Of a stretch of DNA of 64,000 nt, positions 24,550 to 36,244 are shown in pieces. This stretch comes from Antechinus flavipes (Eukaryota). The stretch is taken from contig NC_067401.1 in NCBI RefSeq assembly GCF_016432865.1, forward strand, positions 112,344,001-112,408,000, given 5' to 3'. The notes under the pieces were generated by a model. The model worked only from the letters and a program-made list of their open reading frames with translations. It had not been told where the DNA came from and did not search any database. Positions within the stretch are counted from its first letter, which is position 1; every line of letters starts with the position of its first letter. Position numbers and translations under genes: made by a program.

Positions 24550-25251
24550 TGAGAAAACAAAGTACTCTAATAAACAACCCCTGCCTTCCTCCCGGCCCGT
24601 TTGTCCAAAAAGAGAGGTGGTCCTTGCGAAGAAACCCAAGAGCCCTGAAGCCCAGGTTTTATACGTGCGAAAGTCGACCCAGCTGGGAACTGCAATTCCC
24701 GGAAGGCAGTACCCCGCCTCCCATCCATCCGGGAAGAACTACAAGTACCACAATGCCACGCGCACAAGCCGGCTGAGATAAGTAAGGATAGGCCTTTAGC
24801 CTGCGATGAGAAACTACCCCTGCCTGGCGGGACTCCTCTTTTTCAGTTTCTTGGGAGAGAAGGAAGGGGTGTGTCCCAGAGTTTCTCGCGTGACAACATG
24901 GCGGTGCCGGGAGCGGAAGCCCGACTGAGAATCTGCCTCGTTCCTGAGTCGCGTCTGCTCAGAGGGATTTTCCTCCCCAAGCCCTCCCAGACCGGGCTGG
25001 GCGGCTTACGGTTTGATGAGAGAAAAAATACTTGCTGATTGATCCGAATCGCCGCGATAGGCAAGGCCGCCTTGCGATTGAGCTAGCTGTCGCGACAGTA
25101 CCCCACTGCTTTCTTTCCCCCGTTTTCGCGGGGACTGCTGGGAGTGCTGCGGGGGCGAGTCTCTGCCCTGTGGCGGAGGGGCTCAGGTGGGCGAGCACTT
25201 CGCGCCTGTCAGTCCGGCCCCAGACGTCTTTGTCTCGGCAGGTGCGGCGCC
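24550..25251 (+). promoter_or_regulatory. JTB CpG-island promoter and 5' leader
   Basis: CpG-rich. ZNF143/Staf-like sites aactgcaattcccggaaggc (~24688) and aactacaagtaccacaatgc (~24737), TCTCGCG (~24884), YY1-like CAACATGGCGG (24894-24904), ETS-like cggaag. Confidence 0.75.
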
Positions 25252-26397
25252 ATGCGCCCCTTGCTCGCGAAGCATCGGGAGCCGTATTGGGTCGATGTCC
25301 CCGAGACATCGCCCTGCCACCCGCGGAGCCTCGTCGTCTTCGTCTGCTGGGTGCTCTTCGTCTTCATCCTGGAGTTTGGGTGAGCGGGAGGGGGAGGGGA
25401 GCGGCGGGCCGTCTCGGGCGGGACGAGGAAAAGGGCCTCGGCGCGCTCCCCCCAGGGCAGGGGGCAGGGCTGGTGAGAAGCGTGGGTATGGAGTCTTCTG
25501 TCTGACCCGTGCCGCCTCACTCCGCAGCTTGACCGAAGCCGCCGCCAGGGAAAAGCAGTCAGGTACGTGTCCCGAGGTGGCCTTTCCTGGACAGGGTGGG
25601 GGGAGCCCAGGGGCGAGGGACCCCCGGGGAACGAGGGAGAGAATGACCCCTCTGATGAGGGAACGGGAGTGGGCGCGGGAGGGCAGGAGCAGAACCCCGG
25701 GTCTTCCTCCGGGATCGGGGATGGTTGCTGGGCATTTTTCCCTTTTTCCAGTAAGCACCTCGGCGTCCATGCCCTGTTGGCTGGTGGAGGACTTCGTGGT
25801 GGCCGAGGAGTGTGCCCCTTGTACCACCTTCCAGGCTGTGAGTGTAACGCGCCCTTTATCCAAGCACCCTCCTCTGCCCTTCCCCCACTCATTTTTGGTG
25901 CAGAAGCAGGTCTTCCCTTCTCCTTCCCGGGGATCTCTGAGCCTCACCCCCTTCACTCCTTCCTCCTCCACACAGAAAACTACTCCTGAGTGTGGGACCA
26001 CTGGCTTCGTGGAGAAAATCAGTTGTTCTGAGTCCAAGAAAGATGAGTTCAAGAGGTCAGTATTCCCTCACTTCCCTCTGCCAAGGGCAGACACTCCTCC
26101 TCTCCCTCTTCTTCTCCCCCACCCCTCCACCCCCTCTCCTTGGATGGGTTTGTTGAGATGGGAGTTAAGTTGAGAGGGGCTTAATCAGGTTTTGAAGTTT
26201 GCACTACGGGCTGTGATAGACTGTTTCCCTGCTGTCTCAGCTGCCGCTCAGCAATGATGGAGCGACACCTGTTTTGGAAGTTTGAGGGGGCTGTGGTGGG
26301 AGTGGCTGCGGTCTTTGCCTGCCTTGTGATCCTTCGTCAGAGATCACTGGACCGAAAGGCCCTGGAAAAGGTCCGAAAACAGATTGAGTCCATATAA
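25252..26397 (+). CDS. JTB: Protein JTB (jumping translocation breakpoint), 161 aa
   Basis: Exons 25252-25379, 25528-25562, 25752-25837, 25976-26055, 26241-26397 (486 nt), all GT-AG and in phase. PCWLVEDFVVAEECAPC, KTTPECGTTGFVEKISC, TM segment and DRKALEKVRKQIESI* match JTB. Start codon choice is less certain than the rest. Confidence 0.95.
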
Positions 26398-26573
26398 GCC
26401 CTGGCCCCGCTATCCTGACATTGAAGCTTTTTGCCCCAAAGGGGCCTGGTGGAGAAGGGTAACAGCTGGCCTGACAGGGGAGAAGGTTGTAAGGGGTAAG
26501 CCTGGCCCCTGGAACCCTATTCCTTCATCTTCTTCCCTTTGCCCTTCACCTTTTGTCTCCTCGATAATCAAAG

Positions 26574-26584
26574 AATAAAATAAA
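26574..26584 (+). terminator. JTB polyadenylation signals (tandem AATAAA)
   Basis: aataaaataaa followed by a GU-rich element (gttatgttttgtctgtttg). Confidence 0.8.
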
Positions 26585-26803
26585 AACAATCCCACAACTA
26601 TAACTGTTATGTTTTGTCTGTTTGGGGGATGGGGTCAGAATAGAAAAAAATTAGATTCTGGGAAGCAGCTGTGTCCCCAATCTCCTCAACTTTGTTCCTT
26701 TCTTTATCATGATTAGAGTTTAAGTGAGTCCATCTGAGCACAAACTAAGAGATCTGTGAAACCAAACAGAGGTTAAGTTCATAAATCAGGTAGAAATTAT
26801 AAC

Positions 26804-26809
26804 TTTATT
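26804..26809 (-). terminator. Probable CREB3L4 polyadenylation signal
   Basis: tttatt on + (AATAAA on -), ~250 nt past the CREB3L4 stop. Confidence 0.65.
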
Positions 26810-27057
26810 GTAGAGCAGCATCCTTGTCTCCTTTCCCCTCCCCCTCTAAAAAGCTCCACTTAGAGCTCCCCTTGGTTGTATGTTACTATTCACATTGAGA
26901 GCAGAAGCTGCTGGCCAGGTTAGGGAACAGGGAAAGGGTACTACTTCCAGGTTCTCTCCAGCCTGCTGCCTTAGGGTGTGAAGACTTGGGGGTGGGGAAG
27001 TGCTCTCTATTTCAATCTCAGGACTTGCAGGCCTTCTACCCTTTTTCCAAATCTGTC

Positions 27058-30000
27058 TTACATCTCATCAGCATGCTGCACCGCTGGGCCCCTCTTCCTG
27101 CGGCCTGGCTGCTTCCCACCCTCCTGACGCACTGCCTCTGAGGAACCATTGGTATCCTTGACTCCAGGCTGTGATACCAGGGTCCTCAGGATATCAGGCA
27201 CATCCCTGTGAGTCAAGATGTTTCTGGAGATAACTGTGAAGAGTAAAAGAAAAGGTTAGGGTGAGGATTTTTCTAAGCTCCAGCCTGTTGCCCTTTGCTT
27301 GGCAATGGCTTTGTACCACCCACACTAATAGTTCCCACAGCACCTCACCTCCACTAGGCTTATAAGTGTCAGGCCCAGTTGGCTGTTCCCTGTGAAAGGG
27401 GTTGAAGCTGGGAAGGATGATGAGGGTTAAGGAGAGTATGAGGATCTAGAGAAAAGGAGAGAAATTTGGTAAGCAGTAATCTGGGGCCAAAATGAGGGAA
27501 TAGAAGGAAGGAGAAGGAATGATAAATTTAGATGGGCTGGGGGAGGGATTGTTACCAGGACACAAGTGCTGGTCTGGGCAGCCTTGTTAGAGGTCTGAGC
27601 AATGAGTGCCTGTAGTTGTCGAAGTTGAGCCACTAAGGAGCTAGTAGGGGAGGAAAAAAAAGAGGCAGTGTGTTTCTGGCTACCAACTATGGCAGGAATC
27701 ACCTGCATGCCCATGTCCTCTCCACCACCTCCGTTCTACTCACATATTGTGTCTCTCCAGCTCCTGCAGCTTCTTTTGTAGCTGCTGATTCTGTACTGAG
27801 CAGGCAGCCACCCTGATGGAGGGAAAGAGACTTAGAGATGGGGATCACATGGTACCCAAATCAGGAGAGCAAGTCAGTGCACATTTGTTTACCTACATAA
27901 TCAGCAAAACACTTAAATTCCTTCCACTTGCTAGGCAGTGACAAAAAGACAAAATTGAAACAGTCCCTGCCTTTAAGGAGCTTAACATTCTACGGGGAGA
28001 AAAAAGATCTCATATTAATACAAAAAAAAGCCCAGTCTGTTGAGTTCCATCCCAATATTACTAAATGCCTAATGGATTTTTCAAACTAAGTGTTCCATAG
28101 ATTTCTTAAACTCTGCATCCAAAACAACTTTTCTCCTAAATCCTCTCTGAACTTCCCTATTTTTATCAGATTCACCAGTATTCTTTTAAAGCAGCTTTGT
28201 TTGGGTTAAATATAGTCTGTAAGAATAAAAGTCAATTTGTCCTATGTAGTGTAGGAAGGAAAATAGTATGAGGTAGAAAAGATAGATACCAGGTTATGAA
28301 AAGTTGTAAGTGCTGGCAGGGTTGTTTTCAATCCCCGGGTCATTGGGAGAGTCACTTTCAGCAGTGTGGAGATTAGATCAAAGTGGGGAGAGACTTGGAG
28401 CTGGGACACCACTTAGAAGGTTATTCCAATTGTTCAGGTGAGAGGTGAAGCCCTGCCATGAAGTGATGGCTATGTGGGCAGGGAGAAGAGGTTGGAAGAG
28501 AGAGATGTGGAAATAAGATCTGGCAACTGATTAGATGTAGGAGAGGGAGAAGAGTGAGGAGCCAAAGATGCATACTGCTGGAATTATCAATCCAGGTGAA
28601 TGGTTGTGATTTTAACAGAAATAGGAAAGTTTAGAAGAGAAGTTGATTTGGGAAGAAAATATGAAGAGTTCTATTTTAGATGTACTGAGTTTGAAATGTT
28701 TGTGGAACATCTGTTTTTAAATGTCTGGTAGGCAGCTGGTGATAGGTGACTAGAGCTCAGGAGAGCCCTAGGGAGGGATATATAGATCAAGGAATCATCT
28801 GCATAGAGATGAAAACCCATGGATGGTCATCATGTCACCAAGTGGGAGAAAAAAGAGCTTTGGGCATTGTCTTGGGATACACTGGTGTTTAGGGAATGTG
28901 ATATAGATGATAAATTATCAAAGGGGACTGAGAAGCAATCAGATAGGAGCATGAGGCAGGGCGGTTATAGAAATCCAGAGAAGATTGTCTAGGAGAAGAG
29001 AGTATGACTGTCATCTGTACCTTGGAATGGGTTGGAGAAGAGGCTAAGGGCTCACATTGCTGTATGATGAAGTACATACCTAGTCTCCAGACCATCTATG
29101 TATTCTTTCTTGCGTCTCCGGCTATCCTGAGCAGACTGCTTGTTTCTGATTTTCCTCCGAACCTTCTTAAGGACTCTTTCCTCTGCCTGGGAACCCAGAA
29201 TAAGGTTTAGTATTGAGATCTTAACTCCACAGTGCTTAGTAAAATGCCTGGTACAGTGTAGTAGATCATTAATAATTGACTTGGCATTTGAATTGAACCC
29301 TTACCCCACTATTCCCTGAGGTTCTAGATCCTCAGGGTGTATGATGAGGATCCCATTATTAATATGTTCAAAAAAGGAGTTACCTTGGTGAGGGGTAGGT
29401 GATAGGGCAGAGTTACCCCTTCTTGTCCCAACAGTCGCTTCTCTTCATCTGTCAGATACAATGCTGGGCAGTGCAGCTGGTGAGCAACAGAGAAGAGAAG
29501 GAGGAGGTGGGAAAGAGAATTCACTGTACTAGCATCCAGAACTCTTGCCTTTTCCCATTTGGAAATTCCAAACCAAAGGTAAGGGAAACAGAAAATTTAG
29601 AGTTCAGCCGAAGGGCTTAGAACAACCTGATAGGAACTGAGACCTTTCTTTTGTCATTTAATTCATGTTAAAAAACAAACATTTCAAGAACTGAGAATTA
29701 CCTAAGGGAGTTCTCAAGACAAAACTTTACTTTTTTTTTTTAATTAAGCTTTTTATTTTCAGAATGTATGCATAGGGGCAGCTAGATGGTGCTGTGGATA
29801 GAGTACCAGCCCTGAAGTCAGGAGGACCTGAGTTCAAATATGACCTCAGACACTTAACATTTCCGAGTGACCTTAGGCAAGTCACTTAACCCCAATTAAC
29901 TCAGGGAGAAAAGATATGCACAGATAATTTTTCAACATTGACTTTTGCATAGCCTTGTGTTTCAGATTTTCCCCTCCTTTCTACTTCCTCCCCTAGATGG

Positions 30001-33000
30001 CAAATAGTACAATATATGTTATACTTGTTAAAATATATGTTAAATCCAATATGTTTAAACATATTTATACAATTCTCTTGCTGCACAAGAAAAATCAGAT
30101 CAAAAAGTAAAGTAAATGAGTAAGAAAACAAAATGCAAATGAACAACAAAAAGAATGAGATTGTTAGATTGAGATTCACATTCTTCTCTCTGGGTTAGAT
30201 AGCTGTCTTCATCACAAGATCATTGGAACAGGTATCAATCATCTCATTGTTGAAGAGAGCCATGTCCATCAGAATTAACTGTCCTATAGACTTGTTGTTT
30301 CCTTGTATAATGATCTTCTGGTGCTGCTCATTTCACTCAGCATCAGTTCATGTAAGTCTCTCCAGGCCTTTCTGAAATCATTCTGCTGGTCATTTCTTAC
30401 AGAACAATAATATTCCATAACACTCATACCATAATTTATTCAGCCATTCTCCAATTGATGGCATCCACTCAGTTTCCAGTTTTTTGCCACTAAAAAAGGA
30501 CTGCCACAAACTTTTTTGCACATGCACATTTCCCCAATTTATTGCTTCCCTTCTGATCTTGTCTATATTAGTTTTGTTTGTACAAAAACTTTAAGATCTC
30601 TTTGGGATATAATCCCAATAGAAACACTGCTGGATCACAATTTGATAACTTTTTGAGTAAATTGCTCTCCAGAATGGTTGGATCTGTTCACAGTTCCTCC
30701 AGCAATGTTCAGCGACCCGGTTTTCCCACATGCCCTCCAACATTGGTCATTATCTTTTCCTGTCATTTTAGCCAATCTGAGAGGTATGTAGTAGTATCTC
30801 AGAGTTCTCTGATCAATAGTGATTTGGAGCTCCTTTTCATATTGAAAGGGGAGGGAAACTGTTCCCTTTACTAAAGCTGTGTTCCCTTTAAGATTATCAC
30901 TCTGAAGCTGTGTTCCCTTTAAATTGTGTCCCCTTTCTGATCTCAGAGATTAGGATCTCCCAGGCTCCAAGGAATCTAGAGAGAAGGCCCATCTTCCCAG
31001 GAACCCATTGATCTTTTTGAAATTCTAAATTCCCATTCAAGTGAGAAATCCTGGTCTGATCAGCTCAGGCTATCCCAGCCCCACCAAGATACCTATATAA
31101 CAAGCTTCCTTCAGCTCAATCCCTTGCAGAGGGCCAGGTAATTTTACTAGGACCCTGCCCTCATTCTCAGTGTAAAATTCCATTTCCCCAATAGGACTCT
31201 GCCACTATAGAAGCCAGTCTCTTAGCAAAACAATAAACTTTCATTTGCAATTAATAATTCAGGAATAAGTGAATTCTTTCACTTTAAACCTGCAGACAAT
31301 TAAAAGGGGATTTTTTAAAAACAACTCTCTTATTGCCATTAACCTCATCACTACCAGGAATTGAAAAGATACAAACCTCATCAATATGACTAGAAATGGT
31401 TTCAATTTCTTCATCTGAAAATTGTCTGTTCATATCCTTTGACCATTTATCAATTGGAGAATGGCTTGAATTCTTATAAATTTGAGTCAATTATATATTT
31501 TAGAAATGAGGCCTTTATCAGAACCCTTAAATGTAAAAACATTTTCTCAATTTATTGCTTCCCTTCTGATCTTGTCTATATTAGTTTTGTTTGTACAAAA
31601 ACTTTTAAATTTAATATAATCAAAATCATCTATTTGATGCTTAATTATGAGTTCCAGTTTTGTTTTGGACACAAATTTCTTCCTTCTCCACCGATCTGAA
31701 AGGGTAAACTATCCTATGTTCTTCTAATTTGCTTATAATATCACTTTAAAGACATAACTTTACAACAACTACTCCAGATACTGAGGAAGGAAAGCCAGCT
31801 GAGAAAGGCTTAGCTACTGAAATTATAGGGGAAGGGAATCAGAAAATGGTAATGACTGAGACAGATCCCAGGAACACTTCCTGCCTCCCAATGAGAAAGC
31901 ATGATGCCTCTTTTAGGGAACTCCAAATCTAGAGGGATTTGCAAGGGCCCTGAATTTGCAGTCAGGAGAGAACTGGCTTTCAATACTAATTTTGACTTAT
32001 TAACTATATGACTCCAGGAAAGTCCCTTAACTTTTCTGATACTTTGTTTTCTCATCAACAAAAAGTAGATGTTGACATTATTTTTTACCTCATAAAACTG
32101 AGATACAGAGACTTAAAGATGATGACAGCTTCCATTCAATGAGAAGTGAAGAGTACTGGGCCCAGGAAAGTTGTATAGTATAGTTCTAGTTTCCAGTTTC
32201 AGCTATTCCTGGGGCAAAGGCCTCCCTGCCAACTAGGATTTTTAGCAAGGACTTTATAGCACATCTCAAATATTACACGGGTAATGTCTTTTCACATAAA
32301 GGCTTCAGCACCTATAGAGTGTGAAGGGAGAACTCTGAGCAGAGGAGAAGGCTGAACACCTCAGTTTCTCCTAGGGAATCCTTTGATGACATCTTCCTGT
32401 CCATGTGGGATTTTTTCTTCATTTCACATTTATCTTGTGATTTGCTTTGGCCTCATGAATCATTTTGGGCTATAGTTCAGAATTTAGTTCCTCATTAATT
32501 ATAACAACCAACATTTAAATGGCATTTTAAGATCTGAAAGCACTTTATATACATTTTTTCATTCACAACCCAGTATGTTAAGTATTCTTATGATCCTCAT
32601 TTAACAGATGAGAAAACTACAACTTAGAAAGGTCACATAACTTTCCTGAAGTTATTCAACAAGCGTCTGGGGCATGATTTGAAGTCAAACCTTCCTGAAA
32701 CCAAGACCAGCCTTCTAGCTATAGTACTAGAGATTTCTAATTTGCTTTAAGATTTATAGACACACTCTCCTCAAAATAGTACTGTGATTAAAAAAAAGGT
32801 AATTATCCCCATTTTATTGATGAGAATCCTGTAGTTAAAAAATCAAAATCAGGATTCAAACTCAGTTCTCTCCTTGACTGCAAGTTCGAGGCCCTTGACA
32901 ATACCTTTAAACTGGGAATTCTCCTAAAGCAGGCACCGAATCTTCCCAGTGGGGAGGTGTATTCCTGAGAACTCCCCAGAACAGTCAGTAACATGTTCAC

Positions 33001-35095
33001 AATTGACTTTCTGTGGAATCGTGAGCAAGTCACTTAAACTCTTTCCTTATCTTAAAATTAGAGATAATTGTATTTGCTCTGCTCCTCTGAGAGCATTGTT
33101 GTAGAACTCAAACATTATTCATGTTAAGTGGTTTTGTAATGTATAAAAATAAAATACTATCCATTTATAAAAATGTCATTACTGGCCCTATTCCATGTGC
33201 CACTCTCTGGTGGAGTGGATTCAATGTTAGCTATTGCCCCCTTTGCCTGGGATTATCTTATCTATATTAGGGAAAGGAGAGCCTGTACTTTTATATGGAT
33301 CCTCAGTCTGCCTGTCCTTTGGGAAGGCAGTAAGCTTCTGACTCCTGCCTGAGAAAGCACTATCATGCCTTTCTCCTTGCCTTTCCTAACTCCGTTACGC
33401 TGGGTCACTTCCCTGCACAGGTCTGTCTTGTTCTAACAAGTATGGGAGGAATGACTGGGTAGGAGTTTTTATCTCTTAACCTATATCTCAGCCTACTATC
33501 TTTCTTGTCTTAAGTCAATCATTTCCATTATCTTGCATTTTTATGAGCAGAGTTGGTCCTTGGTGTACATCCTTAACTTCATCCTTGCACCCCAAATACT
33601 TATTTTCTACCACCTGTGTCATTTCTTTTTGCAGGTACCTAGTGTTGAAATTCTTTGTATTTGATATAGGAGAGAAAAGGAAAACCTCAAAAAGAACTTA
33701 CCAGTGTCTCAGGAGGCACCAAGACTCCTGTACCTATTCTGGGCTCTGGGTGGACAGGAGGGTCAGTGGGAGGCTCACTGATGATGCAGCCATCAGGGAT
33801 CAGCAGTGGAGGGCTCCACTGACCTGGGCACATGGGCAGATAGAAGGCTTAAGAGCAGATCGAAATTCAAGGAGGCAAGGTTGGAAGCAGTCCTGGTAAA
33901 CTACCAGAATTAGAGATGGGGACTGGGGACAGTGCAAAGTCAGCACTCTTTGAAGTGTTGATTAGAGATGGGGAGGGAGGCCTCAAGCTGGAGACCTAGA
34001 AAGCTCCATTGTGCCGCCACCTACCAATTAATTAATCAACAAGTTTTATAAAGTACTTTTCTCTTGTCAGGCACTGTGGAAGGTGCTGGGGATAAAAATA
34101 GAAAGAAGGAAACAATATCTGTCCAAAGAGCTTACAGTCTGATGGGGGAGCTGATGTATACATGAATATGTGGCTCTAATAGTAGCTATCAAGTAATGAA
34201 AGGGCTCTAGAGCCCAGTAGCCATTAAGAAGATGTAGGGAAAGCTTCTTAATAGGTTTTCCTTGAGCTTCAACTTGAAGAAAGAAGAATTCCAACACAGA
34301 AGAGAGGAAGGAAAGCATTCCAAGGCATGTGAGATGGTCAGTATAAGATTTGAGATGTTCAGAATGTGCAGTACAGAGAGGTTAAGGTTTGACTGGCAGG
34401 AAGAGGAGAGAATACCAACCTAGCTGGATAGAGATGAGTCCAGAGCTGGTGTGGTCAGCTTTTCCTTGCAGTCCTTCTAGGGCCCCCGTCTCATAGACAA
34501 CCTCATAAAGGGCAGGAGGACTAAGAGCCATGGGGGCAGGGGAGCTGTCTGGAAGACCAGGTTCCTCAGAAATACCACTGTCACTTCCTGGAGAAACTCT
34601 GGACTGATAGACCTCATTGGGATCAATGAGTAGGTTCAGAAAATCATCTGGCTCATTCTCCTGAAGGCCCTGAGACGATGAAAGGGAAGCTTATTGTATA
34701 GAATAGGAAGTCTTTCTAAAGTCTGCCCACGACACCTAATGCTATAGTTTCAGCTGCTTTCTTCAGTGGAAGTAAGCAATAGGGCAATTCATCCCTGTTC
34801 TGGAAAACCTCCCTAGAAGTCGTTTTTGAGCCACCAGCTCCATTATTCCTTACTCAGCCTTTCTCTGTATCACCCACCCTCATTTTCTGATTCCCTTTCC
34901 ACACTATTTCTGTCCAGCACTCACACAGCTGCTGTTCCCACGGGGCTCCCATCCTCCCAGCACTGGATCTTGCAGTCCACTTCCAACTGGCTCTTGGAAT
35001 GAGGAGGGTCCTGCCAGCTCTGGGAAGGCCCTTATGGTTATGTCTTCTGAAGGTTCCAACAAGATATTCAGCAGTTCTGGGTCGCCAAGCTCCAT
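27058..35095 (-). CDS. CREB3L4: Cyclic AMP-responsive element-binding protein 3-like 4 (AIbZIP), 389 aa
   Basis: Coding exons (5'->3') 35095-34925, 34669-34420, 33823-33702, 29476-29384, 29186-29080, 27812-27744, 27640-27556, 27445-27349, 27233-27058 (1170 nt), GT-AG and in phase. ATB region [17 protein letters not shown], b[58 protein letters not shown]1P-type SRNIL and C-terminal HADEM*. Confidence 0.96.
28190..29020 (-). mobile_element. L2 remnant in a CREB3L4 intron
   Basis: Purine-rich L2-like text similar to the 20000-20800 region (gagttctattttagatgtactgagtttgaaatg, gtcatcatgtcaccaagtgg). Confidence 0.6.
29775..29900 (+). mobile_element. WSINE1-like SINE in the L1 tail
   Basis: ggggcagctagatggtgctgtggatagag..ggacctgagttcaaat..gtcacttaaccccaatt. 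Confidence 0.88.
30843..31383 (+). mobile_element. Solo LTR (ERV1/gamma-like), 541 bp, 4-bp TSD ATAT
   Basis: TG(aaagggg)..(cctcat)CA termini. ATAT at 30839-30842 and 31384-31387; removing the insert restores L1 ttttcatatgactagaaatgg. U3 repeats of gttccctttA x3, TATA cctatataa (~31092-31100), AATAAA (~31232). Confidence 0.85.
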
Positions 35096-35779
35096 CCTCT
35101 TAATGAGGGGTAGTAGGAGGGAGGGTGAAAATCCTGTCAAGCCCGGACCCTAAATGATTTCTCCTCTGCACCCAGTCAACTTTTCCCCCACCTCTCCTTA
35201 CCTGTTCTCTCCCCTTGGCTTGTTTGCCAGTTCGGTGAAACAGGACCCCTACGCATTACCTGCCCTGTCCTGCTCCCTGGAAGGCCTCAAACACTTACAC
35301 TAGCTTTTTCTTTCATCCAGGATCTCACATCCTGGACCAGCCAACACCCAGCCCCGCCCCCCTCAGGAGCATTGGGAAGGGAGTGGTGGCCGGGAAAGAA
35401 ATGCTCAGGATCGGGACTGGGCGCTCAGAGGGTTCTACAGGCATGTCTTTTATGCCTGTTTCCTTCTCTGCCTCCCAATCAGGATCTATCTCGCTGGGAG
35501 ATAAAATGGGGGTGGGGTATGGAAGAGGGCTCTCCTGACCCCAAAGCCCGGGAATTCCTGCCCTCCACCGGGAGGGAAGAATAGCTTTAGTATCCCTAGG
35601 TATTTATTCTGGGATCTTGAGCCTTATTAAAAGAGGTTCCGAGTGGGGGGTTGAAACGGGCTCGAAAGTCCATAGGCTTCAGCCCTTACTTTTCGCCTTT
35701 TCTAGGGATTCTGCAGTTTGAAGCAAATAAATCAAAAACGCCTTGGATTTTGAGGAACGTCTTTCCCATCCAATCGTGT

Positions 35780-36050
35780 AGTCCTGCACTTACTTGTATT
35801 CACCCTCCTCTGTTCTGGAGGGTGACAATAGGTAAACAGCCACGCCCCCAATAGATTTCAATAGGCTTCTGGAGGGAAAACTCAGACCGCTGAGGTGGGA
35901 ACACTTATTTGTCAGGAAGGAATTGGGTGCCTTGGACGGAGAGCAGGCGGGGCCAGAGAAGTTGGAATGAAGCCGAGGAAAAGTTCCTGAGAGGGAGGAG
36001 GCAAGGAGAAGAATCTCTTCCACGTGACCTAGTTTCAGTTATCACTGGGG
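35780..36050 (-). promoter_or_regulatory. Probable CREB3L4 promoter and non-coding exon 1
   Basis: Minus-strand donor caa|gtaagt at ~35793. GC box, CCAAT, forkhead-like tgtttac and ggtcacgtgg E-box (~36021) upstream. TSS inferred only. Confidence 0.5.
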
Positions 36051-36244
36051 CAGAGAAATGACTTCTGTCTTGAGCCACGGGACATGCTTATAATAATCTG
36101 GCAGAAAGCCACATGTTAACTGACTGAGTCCTCCTCCTGTGGAATCAGGTTTTATGCTGCATAATAAACAAAAGCCTTGAAGATAAATTCCATCGCTGAT
36201 ACTGATGGAGGTGAATGTAGGTTTGGGAAATCCAACATGATCAA

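Larger units (their letters stand above)
29731..31748 (-). mobile_element. 5'-truncated L1 with 15-bp TSD, hosting a SINE, a solo LTR and an internal duplication
   Basis: polyT at 29731. aagacaaaactttac (29716-29730) and aagacataactttac (31749-31763). L1 ORF2 3' text throughout. Confidence 0.9.
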
